From the IMG/VR virus record IMGVR_UViG_3300050821_009856, positions 1 to 64,000 of that record: DNA of 64,000 nucleotides; one strand, written 5' to 3'. Origin of the DNA: a virus. Under the pieces are notes generated by a model. The model made no database searches. It had not been told where the DNA came from and saw only the letters and a list, made by a program, of their open reading frames with translations. Of the stretch, positions 36,860-44,911 are shown piece by piece; the stretch's first letter is position 1; every line of letters begins with the position of its first letter. Made by a program: the position numbers and the translations under genes.

Positions 36860-37929
36860 CTGCAGATCCCGACAAGTTTCTGGTCCGGGGCGCCGGGCCA
36901 GAGGGAACCTACAACTTAGCGGTTGGAGAACCGGTCTTTCTCCGGAAGCATCTAGTGGTTCCTCAGAACCTCCTGGTCTCAAACATCGGGGGATCTGACT
37001 ACCCACCCTACAAGGGGCTCCCACGGCTCCTGGAGGAGCTTGGGTGGATGTACCCAGGCAAGCACGTGGTAGTGACGACCGGGGCCAAGCAAGCCCTCCT
37101 GGCGGCCTTCTATGCGTATCGGCAGCGCTTCGGGAAACAGGCCGTTTACCACGAGGCTCCGTGCTGGCCCTCTTACCCCACGTTGGCGAAGTTGTCGGGC
37201 CTGAGCTTTCAGTCGGATCGTATGTCCCTCCTCTGCTTGACGGATGAGTTCTTCGCTCGTCGATACATCAGCGTCAAGACGGCCCCTAACAATCCCGATG
37301 GACGTGTCGCAGACCGGTTGGATTTGAAGCACTACGACATCTGGGATGCGGCATATGCCCACCCAGTTTACGGATGGAATCCGGCAGATCTCCCGAGCCA
37401 TACTGTATCGGTCTGGTCTGCTGCCAAGTTGCTTGGGTTTAGTGGTGACCGAATCGGCTGGCTGGTGACTGGAGACAAGGAGCTAGCGGATCTCGCCGCA
37501 GACTACATCGAGAAGACGACTTCGGGGGTCAATACCAAGAGTCAGGCCATCATTGCAGCGGTACTCGGCTATATCAGGTGCTTTCCCGAAGAAGGTCGGA
37601 AGATGTACGAGGCTGCCCGCAACGATCTGCTGCACAACTTCATGCGGTTCATCCAAACGTTCGGGCCGAGCGTCAGGAATGCAAAAGACTACTCTGGAAT
37701 GTTCGGTTGGTTCGACCTGCCTTACGACGTGGGGGTCCGCCAGGAAGAGTTCGATGCCCTCCTTCGAGAGGCCAGGGTGATGCTGGTGCCGGCGTCAGCC
37801 TGCGGCGTTCTAGATAAGCCTGGCAGATATCGGATTTCTCTCGGCCACCGCGTGGAAGTGGTTGATGCGGCGCTACAATCCATCTCTGAAGCCCTTTGGA
37901 GGCGTCGTGGACCGCTATTCGGAACTTGA
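36856..37929 (+). CDS. PLP-dependent aminotransferase, fold type I (alliinase/TAA1-like features)
   Basis: NLAVGEP, TTGAKQAL, PNNPDG, DAAY, SAAK(PLP Lys)LLGFSGDRIGW, RIS. Confidence 0.85.
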   Translation: MTADPDKFLVRGAGPEGTYNLAVGEPVFLRKHLVVPQNLLVSNIGGSDYPPYKGLPRLLEELGWMYPGKHVVVTTGAKQALLAAFYAYRQRFGKQAVYHEAPCWPSYPTLAKLSGLSFQSDRMSLLCLTDEFFARRYISVKTAPNNPDGRVADRLDLKHYDIWDAAYAHPVYGWNPADLPSHTVSVWSAAKLLGFSGDRIGWLVTGDKELADLAADYIEKTTSGVNTKSQAIIAAVLGYIRCFPEEGRKMYEAARNDLLHNFMRFIQTFGPSVRNAKDYSGMFGWFDLPYDVGVRQEEFDALLREARVMLVPASACGVLDKPGRYRISLGHRVEVVDAALQSISEALWRRRGPLFGT

Positions 37930-38539
37930 AGCAAAGTACAGCGCAAACCAGTTGCCCTTCAGTCGCTTCCGAACTGAGATGGACAAGCTGACTTCACTGA
38001 AGCAGCCCCACGTTGTCGTCGGATGGGACACTTTCTACGCCAACCCGGAGACCGGCCTGGTTCTCAGATTCCGGCGAGCAAAGTCCGAGGGCAACGATCA
38101 CCCCGTCCTGACCTACAAGTACAGGAAGTCCGTTGGGGCCGACAGTGTCGATCGCCATGAGGTCGATTTGTTCTTGGAGAACAACGACAAGGTTGAAGAG
38201 GACACTGACGCCCTCTTGACAATGGCTCTGGGCTGCAAGAAGCATTTCTCCATTCTGAAGGAGAGCTGCATCTATCACATCGAGGGGGCGGGGCACACAG
38301 CCGTCATCGCCCTGTACGATGTCATGGTGCCGGGCAACAATTACGTAGAGCGCTTTCTTGAGGTAGAGATCGACAAGGATAGCCCATGTACGCCTGAAGA
38401 AGGCGCCGCAGCCTTGGCCGCATGGCAAGAGGCCGTTGAATCCCAGTTCGACCTCCAAAGGCCACTGGGCCAGTCGCTATATGAGCTACTGGGTCGTAAC
38501 TACGGAGATCCTGAACTTTTCATCAAGGGAACTTTCTGA
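37907..38539 (+). CDS. CYTH-domain protein (class IV adenylate cyclase / triphosphate tunnel metalloenzyme)
   Basis: ELEAKY (ExExK), DTFY, LRFRR, LTYK, RHEV, FLEVE; GTG 37907 with GGAGG RBS. Confidence 0.8.
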   Translation: MDRYSELEAKYSANQLPFSRFRTEMDKLTSLKQPHVVVGWDTFYANPETGLVLRFRRAKSEGNDHPVLTYKYRKSVGADSVDRHEVDLFLENNDKVEEDTDALLTMALGCKKHFSILKESCIYHIEGAGHTAVIALYDVMVPGNNYVERFLEVEIDKDSPCTPEEGAAALAAWQEAVESQFDLQRPLGQSLYELLGRNYGDPELFIKGTF

Positions 38540-38730
38540 TGCCACTCACCGAAGAGCAGTTTGCCGAGATCCTGGACGAAGTCATCGACGAGACTCTGGA
38601 CCTGAAGAAGCAGGACCGAGTCCGATTCAACAACGCCCTCCTGGAGCGGCTCGGGGAGGAAGATGTCTTCCCTGAAGAGGATGAGGACGAGGGTCTCACT
38701 GAAGAGCAGATCGATGCGGAGGAAGAGTGA
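38539..38730 (+). CDS. Small highly acidic protein
   Basis: 25 D/E versus 5 K/R in 63 aa; overlaps both neighbours. Confidence 0.7.
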   Translation: MPLTEEQFAEILDEVIDETLDLKKQDRVRFNNALLERLGEEDVFPEEDEDEGLTEEQIDAEEE

Positions 38731-39569
38731 TGAAGGCCCTAGTCTTGAGTGGTGGCGGATCTAAGGGGGCCTATGAGGCCGGCGTCGTCAAGTACCTCAT
38801 GGACTTCGAGGGCCGACGATATGACCTCTTTGCTGGAGTCAGTGTTGGGGCCCTGAACGCTGCCTTCTTGGCTCAGTACGGAGACGTTTCACCGCTTAGC
38901 GTCCATTCTCAGCAATACGCCGCCGAGGACTTGGTGAACCTCTGGAAGAGCCTCGACAACTCGAATGTCTTCAAGAATTGGTTTCCGCCCTATGTCTCTG
39001 CGCTCTGGAGGCCGTCGGTCTTCGATAGTTCGCCGCTCCAGAAGCTCGTCCGTAGCATCCTGAAGAAACCAGGCCCGAATAAGAAGCTCCGAGTTGGAGC
39101 GACTGGCCTGGACACGGGTACCTTCCGAGTCTTCGACGAGACCTACCCAGATGTCGCTACTGCGGTGCTCGCTAGTTCGGCATTCCCCGGCATGCTGCTG
39201 CCCGTGGAGATCGAGGGGCAGCTCTACACCGATGGCGGTGTCTGCAACAACACACCGCTCCGACAGGCCATCTCGGCAGGAGCCACGGAGATCGACGTTA
39301 TTCTTTGCTCGCCCTTGGACGACCCGTCCACGTCCTTCCAGGCCAAGACGACCGCAGTGAATGTTGGCTTCCGGGCCATCAGCCTCTTGACCGACCAGGT
39401 TCAGCGGGACAGCCTGGTCGACTGTATGGTCAATCGGACAGATCTGAAGATTCGGCTCATCAAGCCTTCGGCTGTGCTGACCAGTAATCCGTTGGACTTC
39501 TCCCCATCGCTGATTGCGTCGATGCTCAAGCAAGGCTATGCTGACGCCGAAAAGGGGCTATCCAAATGA
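38727..39569 (+). CDS. Patatin-like phospholipase
   Basis: GGGSKG, GVSVG (Ser), DGG (Asp). Confidence 0.9.
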   Translation: MMKALVLSGGGSKGAYEAGVVKYLMDFEGRRYDLFAGVSVGALNAAFLAQYGDVSPLSVHSQQYAAEDLVNLWKSLDNSNVFKNWFPPYVSALWRPSVFDSSPLQKLVRSILKKPGPNKKLRVGATGLDTGTFRVFDETYPDVATAVLASSAFPGMLLPVEIEGQLYTDGGVCNNTPLRQAISAGATEIDVILCSPLDDPSTSFQAKTTAVNVGFRAISLLTDQVQRDSLVDCMVNRTDLKIRLIKPSAVLTSNPLDFSPSLIASMLKQGYADAEKGLSK

Positions 39570-40189
39570 CCACCTGGTTTACCTCGGACCTTCATTTCAA
39601 CCACGTCAACATCATGCTGCCGTCGTACACGCGGCGGGAAGAGACGTTCCCAGACCTTCAGGCCATGAACGAGGGGCTGGTTCAGCGCTGGAACGAACGG
39701 GTCAAGCCAGATGACGACGTGTACCTCATTGGCGACTTGGCGATGGGGAAGAAGGCTGAGGCCTTGCCCTACCTGAATCGCCTCGTCGGCCACAAGCACC
39801 TCATCTTCGGAAACCACGACTACAAAGACCACAAGTGCACCGCCGTGCACCCGGCCATCCTTCAGGCCTATAAGGAGGGGGTGCTTGAGACCACCGTAGA
39901 GAGCCTACCGGTTCTTGAGAATGGGAAGCGACTCTTCCTCCACCATGAGCCCTGCTCGGTGCCAGAGACCTTCGACTATGTATTCTGCGGCCATGTTCAC
40001 GAGTCGTTCACCCGCGCTCGTTGGGATGCCGAGAGGCTGAACACCGAGACGGGCAAGCCCGGTGTTGCGGTCGCGGATCCAGATGGCAATATCATCAACG
40101 TCGGTGTGGACGTGAGCGACTACAAGCCGATGACGCTTGAAGAGCTTCTGGCTCGGCCTTTCTACGAGGGGCCGAAGCACAGGATCTAG
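39566..40189 (+). CDS. Calcineurin-like metallophosphoesterase
   Basis: SDLH, GD, GNHD, HEP, GHVH, NVGVD. Confidence 0.88.
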   Translation: MTTWFTSDLHFNHVNIMLPSYTRREETFPDLQAMNEGLVQRWNERVKPDDDVYLIGDLAMGKKAEALPYLNRLVGHKHLIFGNHDYKDHKCTAVHPAILQAYKEGVLETTVESLPVLENGKRLFLHHEPCSVPETFDYVFCGHVHESFTRARWDAERLNTETGKPGVAVADPDGNIINVGVDVSDYKPMTLEELLARPFYEGPKHRI

Positions 40190-40197
40190 AATGTTAT

Positions 40198-40271
40198 TCC
40201 AGGGTGCCAGAGTCTGGTAATGGGCGTGACTGTTAATCACGAAGCCGGTGGTTCGAATCCACCCCCTGGAG
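40198..40271 (+). tRNA. tRNA-Asn (GTT)
   Basis: Acceptor TCCAGGG/CCCTGGA, anticodon arm CGTGA-CTGTTAA-TCACG, T arm GGTGG-TTCGAAT-CCACC, discriminator G, no encoded CCA; TAGAAT -10 box at 40187-40192. Confidence 0.9.
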
Positions 40272-40693
40272 TTGTAAGGGATAATCCTAAGGCGGTTGGC
40301 GAGCGGTCAGAAGCAGCCATTCTGGCTGAACTTTTATTTCGTGGTTACACCGTATTGACCCCATTTGGGGATAACCAACGATACGACTTGGTCGTCGACT
40401 TGAGGACGAAGTTCCTTAAAATCCAATGTAAGACCGGTAGGATTAAGGCGGGGGCAATCATATTCCCCACCTCTTCGTCTCAGGCTCATCGTGGCAAGGG
40501 GCGCCAGAGTTATCGAGGACAGATCGATCTCTTTGCTGTTTATTGTCCAGAAAATCGCCGGGTATACGTGGTTCCCGTAGACGATGTCGGCACTTGCGAG
40601 GGATCACTTCGAATCGAGGCTACAAAGAATAATCAGACGATCGGATGTCGAATGGCCGCTGACTATGATCTGCAGTCGCTGGTGTTAGTCTAA
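40220..40693 (+). CDS. PD-(D/E)XK homing endonuclease (I-Ssp6803I / group I intron-associated type)
   Basis: GERSE, PFGDNQRYDLVVD, KIQCKT, YRGQIDLFAVYCP; AT-rich; start lies inside the tRNA. Confidence 0.8.
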   Translation: MGVTVNHEAGGSNPPPGVVRDNPKAVGERSEAAILAELLFRGYTVLTPFGDNQRYDLVVDLRTKFLKIQCKTGRIKAGAIIFPTSSSQAHRGKGRQSYRGQIDLFAVYCPENRRVYVVPVDDVGTCEGSLRIEATKNNQTIGCRMAADYDLQSLVLV

Positions 40694-41343
40694 TGCCAGC
40701 AACACTTCACACCGAGGCGATGGCTTGGCTTAGATACGGCAAGCACATGCCACTTGTCTGCACCGAGGCGGGCTACTGGAGTGCGGATGTCCTTGGCATC
40801 GATGACACCAAATGTGTGGAAGTAGAAATCAAAAAGAGCATAGCAGATCTCCGAGCCGACTTCAGGCGGAAAACAAGGAAGCACGAGACATACGCTAACC
40901 TGAAAGCCGACGGTCGAGCCATTTGGTCGCCGAACTACTTCTGGATCTTCGTGCCTGCCAGTATTGGTCGTCAGGCTCTTACTGTCTTGGACGAACTCGA
41001 CGCCAAGCACGCTGGCCTTGCCGTCTTGGAGGCAGAGACGACGCGTCCAGGCCACGCCGGTCGCTGGGTGACCATCCTCCGGCGAGCGCCGCGGCTGCAC
41101 GGCAACAAGCCCCATCCCAAGCTTGTTCGGGCGATCCAGCTTCGAATGGGCTCAGAACTGACGACGCTACGGTTGAACCTGGAGCTGCTCAAGCATGCCA
41201 AGCCAGAACAAGTAGACGCTATCGTCCAGAGTGCGTTGGAGATCTCGAAGTCATTAGTCGAGACTCAGGACTGGGAGAAAGACAGTGAATGCGGACAAGA
41301 AGCTTCTGAGACTGCTGGGCCAAGCCCTGATGCTCCTCGATAG
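40693..41343 (+). CDS. MmcB-like PD-(D/E)XK nuclease
   Basis: ADVLG, EVEIKKSIADLRADF, PNYFWIFVP. Confidence 0.65.
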   Translation: MPATLHTEAMAWLRYGKHMPLVCTEAGYWSADVLGIDDTKCVEVEIKKSIADLRADFRRKTRKHETYANLKADGRAIWSPNYFWIFVPASIGRQALTVLDELDAKHAGLAVLEAETTRPGHAGRWVTILRRAPRLHGNKPHPKLVRAIQLRMGSELTTLRLNLELLKHAKPEQVDAIVQSALEISKSLVETQDWEKDSECGQEASETAGPSPDAPR

Positions 41344-41440
41344 TGTTAACTCGGCGGCAACTCAATATGAATATGATTTGCTCATCGTGGCTCGGAGGAT
41401 GGTGGAAGACCGAGTCTACTCTCACGAGACGAATCGATGA
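41285..41440 (+). CDS. Small hypothetical protein (51 aa)
   Basis: Manual: GTG with GGAG RBS, MNADKKLLRLLG..., stop overlaps next ATG. Confidence 0.45.
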   Translation: MNADKKLLRLLGQALMLLDSVNSAATQYEYDLLIVARRMVEDRVYSHETNR

Positions 41441-41676
41441 AGAAGCTCCAGTTGGCCAAAATGAGCCTGGGCCAGGGCCAGTACCGCGGCAAGGTGAGCC
41501 TCGTCAGCGACTCCTGTGAGCCAGGGACCCTGGAGGATCGTCTGTTCCGACTCGACCTACTGCAAGCCGTTGCCAACGACCCGCAGCTTCAATCCGTAGC
41601 CGGCAAGGACTTCCAGACCATGAAGATGTACTTTGCCGGTGGCCAGTGGCAAATCGACCTGGAGGCGGACCTCTGA
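41437..41676 (+). CDS. Hypothetical protein
   Basis: Coupled overlaps at both ends. Confidence 0.6.
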   Translation: MKKLQLAKMSLGQGQYRGKVSLVSDSCEPGTLEDRLFRLDLLQAVANDPQLQSVAGKDFQTMKMYFAGGQWQIDLEADL

Positions 41677-41960
41677 TGTGCCCGATCTGCGCCAAGAAGC
41701 CGGCCAGCCGCTCCACTGTTTTCTGTGACGACCACTTGAAAGTCTGGGTGGGCAGCCCGGAACGGTATGCCGTCGATTGGGCCTCCGAGGACAGCTATGA
41801 AGCGGAGCAAGCACAGTTCGTGGATCGGGTGCGGAAAGAGATGGGGCCAGGCATTTTCGTGGGTTCAGCCCTGACCTTCCTCCCGATTGAAATTGTAGTA
41901 CCAACCGGTAGCGACAGCCTTCCGGTAACCAGATCAGACTCGGGCCAAACGAATGTCTGA
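41676..41960 (+). CDS. Hypothetical protein with N-terminal CPIC..C..H zinc motif
   Basis: ATG 41676 with GGAGG RBS. Confidence 0.55.
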   Translation: MCPICAKKPASRSTVFCDDHLKVWVGSPERYAVDWASEDSYEAEQAQFVDRVRKEMGPGIFVGSALTFLPIEIVVPTGSDSLPVTRSDSGQTNV

Positions 41961-42225
41961 CCAGCTGTCACCTTTCTCTGGATGCACCCTCAACAAGGCT
42001 TGGCTGGACTCCGAGATTCGCCAGGAGGTCGCTGACGCCATCGTCCGCCTCAATGGCGCGGCTGCTCGATGGGCCAGGGCCACGCCCCAGAACTACTGGG
42101 AGGCAGAGCAAGAGTTCCTGAAGTTCTGGATCGACCTGGAGGGTGTCATGATTGGCTTCACCGATACCTACGTGCCGCCTGAGCCCCCTAGCCCTGCTCC
42201 TTGGCCGCGTCCACTTTCAGCTTGA
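41953..42225 (+). CDS. Hypothetical protein
   Basis: Operon continuity. Confidence 0.55.
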   Translation: MSDQLSPFSGCTLNKAWLDSEIRQEVADAIVRLNGAAARWARATPQNYWEAEQEFLKFWIDLEGVMIGFTDTYVPPEPPSPAPWPRPLSA

Positions 42226-42251
42226 CGATCTGCTCTCGGTAGCGCTATGTT
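42222..42251 (+). promoter_or_regulatory. Sigma70-like promoter TTGACG-18-TATGTT
   Basis: Upstream of the small-gene cluster starting at 42285. Confidence 0.5.
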
Positions 42252-42284
42252 GATGCCGAACGCTTTACCGGGAGAAAAACTCGA

Positions 42285-42608
42285 ATGGATGCTTTGACTG
42301 CCGTAGCGATTGCCCTGGCCATTGATCCCGCCGTCGGGGCCTTAGTCGAGCCTGCTTTTGAGGATGTCGAAGCCCAGGAATTGCTCGACGCCTCGCAGCG
42401 TGAGGCCAAGGCCGAGGAGGAACGCCGGAATGCCGCCAAGCGGGCCCACCACAAGCAGGTTCGAGCCCGGCGTCGGAAGCAGCAGCGGCGTGAGGCCAAG
42501 AGCTTGGGCCACAAGCTCGGCCAGAACTCGCGGAAGTGTAAGTTCTGCGGCAACAAGCGCCTGACCATCCTGGAGACGAGCTTGCGGTGCCCGGGGAAGC
42601 CGTCGTGA
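42285..42608 (+). CDS. Hypothetical basic protein
   Basis: GGAG RBS; Arg/Lys-rich helix, CKFC. Confidence 0.55.
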   Translation: MDALTAVAIALAIDPAVGALVEPAFEDVEAQELLDASQREAKAEEERRNAAKRAHHKQVRARRRKQQRREAKSLGHKLGQNSRKCKFCGNKRLTILETSLRCPGKPS

Positions 42609-42811
42609 AGTGGCTCTTGCTCCTGCTGGCACTGGCCGGCTGCGACTACGAGGGCCGGGCTGTCCGCGACCTCCGCTACTACCGTGACACCCGAACCGGT
42701 ATGTGCTACGCCGCGGCGTACGTGAACGTCGCCGGTGACGCGTCGGTCGCCCTGACCTGGGTGCCTTGCGAGAAGGTGCCGACGAGCCTCCTGCAGGACG
42801 TCAGCCAATGA
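42605..42811 (+). CDS. Small lipoprotein
   Basis: MKWLLLLLALAGC lipobox; DTRTGMCY..VPC. Confidence 0.7.
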   Translation: MKWLLLLLALAGCDYEGRAVRDLRYYRDTRTGMCYAAAYVNVAGDASVALTWVPCEKVPTSLLQDVSQ

Positions 42812-43278
42812 AAGTCATCATCATGCGGGGCGGTCCCGGGAGCGGGAAGAGCACCCTGGCTAGGAAGCTCGCCTCTGAGTTGGAGGCTCAGGGCTACAAG
42901 GCTCGGTGCTTCTCTGCCGACTTTTACTTCGAGAAAGCTGGCGTGTACCAGTTTGATCGGAACTTGCTCGGGAAGGCCCATGCGGCTTGCCTAAAGGGGT
43001 TTGCCCAGGACCTGGTGTTCTGCTACCAATGGCCGAACAAGGACGTCCTCATTGTAGACAACACGAACACCACTGAGGCCGAGGTTGCCCCGTACGCCCG
43101 GTTGGCTCAAGCCTTTGGAGCTGAACTGGAGATCGTTACCGCCGATTGCGACCAGGCTACCGCCTTCGCCCGGCAGACCCACGGCGTCCCGGAGAAGAAC
43201 CACAAGTCGATGGCCGAGAGAATGCAGCGATCTCGGCTCCCCAAGGAGTGGCCGCAGCGGTCGGTGAAGACGTCATGA
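42808..43278 (+). CDS. P-loop kinase (AAA_33 / polynucleotide kinase-like)
   Basis: MRGGPGSGKST, SADFYF, IVDNTN, RQTHGVP. Confidence 0.82.
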   Translation: MKVIIMRGGPGSGKSTLARKLASELEAQGYKARCFSADFYFEKAGVYQFDRNLLGKAHAACLKGFAQDLVFCYQWPNKDVLIVDNTNTTEAEVAPYARLAQAFGAELEIVTADCDQATAFARQTHGVPEKNHKSMAERMQRSRLPKEWPQRSVKTS

Positions 43279-43439
43279 GCTACAGCGGCAGCATCAGACT
43301 CTGGAGCCTTGCTGACCAGGTCGTCGGCGCCGCTCGCCGCTTCAAGACGGATCAGCGGCGAGCTAATGCTCGGGCCAAGTTCTTGGACACCAAAGAAATC
43401 GAACGAGACTCGACGCCGACGTACAAGAAGAAGTCATGA
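43275..43439 (+). CDS. Small hypothetical protein
   Basis: ATGA overlaps at both ends (MSYSGSIRLW...). Confidence 0.5.
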   Translation: MSYSGSIRLWSLADQVVGAARRFKTDQRRANARAKFLDTKEIERDSTPTYKKKS

Positions 43440-43585
43440 GGCCATTCACTCGCGGTCAGGCTGCCCTGGAGCTGCTGATTTGGGCGCTCTTCCTTGGCGG
43501 CTCAGCCGTCGCGACACCGGCAGTGAACTGGTTGGGGATCCGAGGGGCTATCGTCTGGATCCAGAGAGAACTGGAGACACCGTGA
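43436..43585 (+). CDS. 49-aa membrane peptide with class III (prepilin-like) signal motif
   Basis: Manual: MRPFTRGQAALELLIWALFLGG...; overlaps upstream stop and def start. Confidence 0.5.
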   Translation: MRPFTRGQAALELLIWALFLGGSAVATPAVNWLGIRGAIVWIQRELETP

Positions 43586-44127
43586 TGAAGAAAATCTTAC
43601 TGTGGCCGAATCCCAAGCTGAAGCTCGTGAGTGTCGGCGTTGACGTCGAAGAGACCAACCGAGACCCCGAGGCCATCAAGTCTTTGCGGACCCTGGCTGA
43701 GGAGATGGCCGGCATCATGGGCACCCACGGTGGCGTCGGTCTGGCCGCCATTCAGATCGATGTACCCATTCGGGTGCTGACGACCCTCGTGGACGGCATC
43801 CCGCGGGTCTTCGTGAATCCGGTCCTGGTCGCCAAGGACGGTGAGACCGAGTTGATGCGAGAGGGCTGCCTGTCCGTGCCTGACTACTACGACCGGGTCC
43901 GACGTTATCCGACCGTCACGGTGGAGCACAACCAGCTTCTGCCGGACAAGCTCATCGGCCGGGAGACCTACAAGGCCCATGGGTTACTGGCCCAGGTGCT
44001 GCAGCATGAATTGGAGCACCTTGACGGACGCCTCTTCATTGACTCACTGTCTCCCGCGAAACGCCAAAACATTCGGGGAGATCTTCTGAAGAAACGCCTT
44101 GCAGGGCTTCTTCGAGACTACCGGTGA
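43585..44127 (+). CDS. def: Peptide deformylase
   Basis: GVGLAAIQI, EGCLSVP, QHELEHLDG. Confidence 0.93.
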   Translation: MKKILLWPNPKLKLVSVGVDVEETNRDPEAIKSLRTLAEEMAGIMGTHGGVGLAAIQIDVPIRVLTTLVDGIPRVFVNPVLVAKDGETELMREGCLSVPDYYDRVRRYPTVTVEHNQLLPDKLIGRETYKAHGLLAQVLQHELEHLDGRLFIDSLSPAKRQNIRGDLLKKRLAGLLRDYR

Positions 44128-44576
44128 GCGAGCCACGGTGGTTTGAAGAGCTTCAAGCAGAGGTCAGCGGCATTCGCATCCGCTGTGGGTACCACGGCCT
44201 GGACCGCAGCTGCGTCTACAACAGCAGGATGCAGGTACACTTTCAGCCCGTGGTTGAGATGCCCGCTTGGGTCACCGAGTACCTGGAAAACATCATAATC
44301 CCACTCCATCGAAATTGGCCCGCGACCGACCACATAATGGCTGCCCTGGCCTGTCAGGTTGCCCAAGAGATGGCGAGACTTGAGCACGCGGGCGCGATTT
44401 ACAGGACGGATGGTGGTGGCTGGAATGATCCTCGTTGGTCTGGGAATCACAAGGACCGATGGGCCAAACCGAATCGTACGGCCGAGCTTGAGCAGAGCCT
44501 GAAGCTCGTTGAGGCTCAGCGAGACGCCAATGCCGCCCGCGTTAAAAATCTCGAAGCGAGATTCGAGAAGCTATAG
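44124..44576 (+). CDS. Hypothetical protein with shared C-terminal coiled-coil tag
   Basis: C-terminal 30 aa shared with 13717..14073. Confidence 0.6.
   Translation: MSEPRWFEELQAEVSGIRIRCGYHGLDRSCVYNSRMQVHFQPVVEMPAWVTEYLENIIIPLHRNWPATDHIMAALACQVAQEMARLEHAGAIYRTDGGGWNDPRWSGNHKDRWAKPNRTAELEQSLKLVEAQRDANAARVKNLEARFEKL
44481..44570 (+). repeat. Dispersed 90-bp coding repeat, copy 2
   Basis: Matches 13981..14070. Confidence 0.9.
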
Positions 44577-44595
44577 TTCTGCCAAGGAGAAGCAC

Positions 44596-44874
44596 ATGCC
44601 CAACTACGCCCCTGAAGTGGTGGTTTCGAAGTCCACCGTTGACCCCACCAAGATGGACCACGCTTTCAGCGAGAAGGTCCCGGCCTGGGTGGACGGCTAC
44701 ATCAAGGCCGTCATTGCTCGAAACTTCCAGATCAGTCAGGACCTCGACAACCGCCAGTTGAACCAGGTCCTTCAGACTGCCACCAAGGAACTGAATCAGG
44801 TCCTGGAGAACCTGGTCAACAGCGGCCTCGTGTTCCGGTCTGGCAATTCCGACTTCAAGTCTGCTGGCGAATAG
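44596..44874 (+). CDS. Hypothetical protein
   Basis: AAGGAG RBS, GCTATAGT motif upstream. Confidence 0.65.
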   Translation: MPNYAPEVVVSKSTVDPTKMDHAFSEKVPAWVDGYIKAVIARNFQISQDLDNRQLNQVLQTATKELNQVLENLVNSGLVFRSGNSDFKSAGE

Positions 44875-44911
44875 CCGCTATTACCAATCGAACCCAAACC
44901 CGAGGAACACA

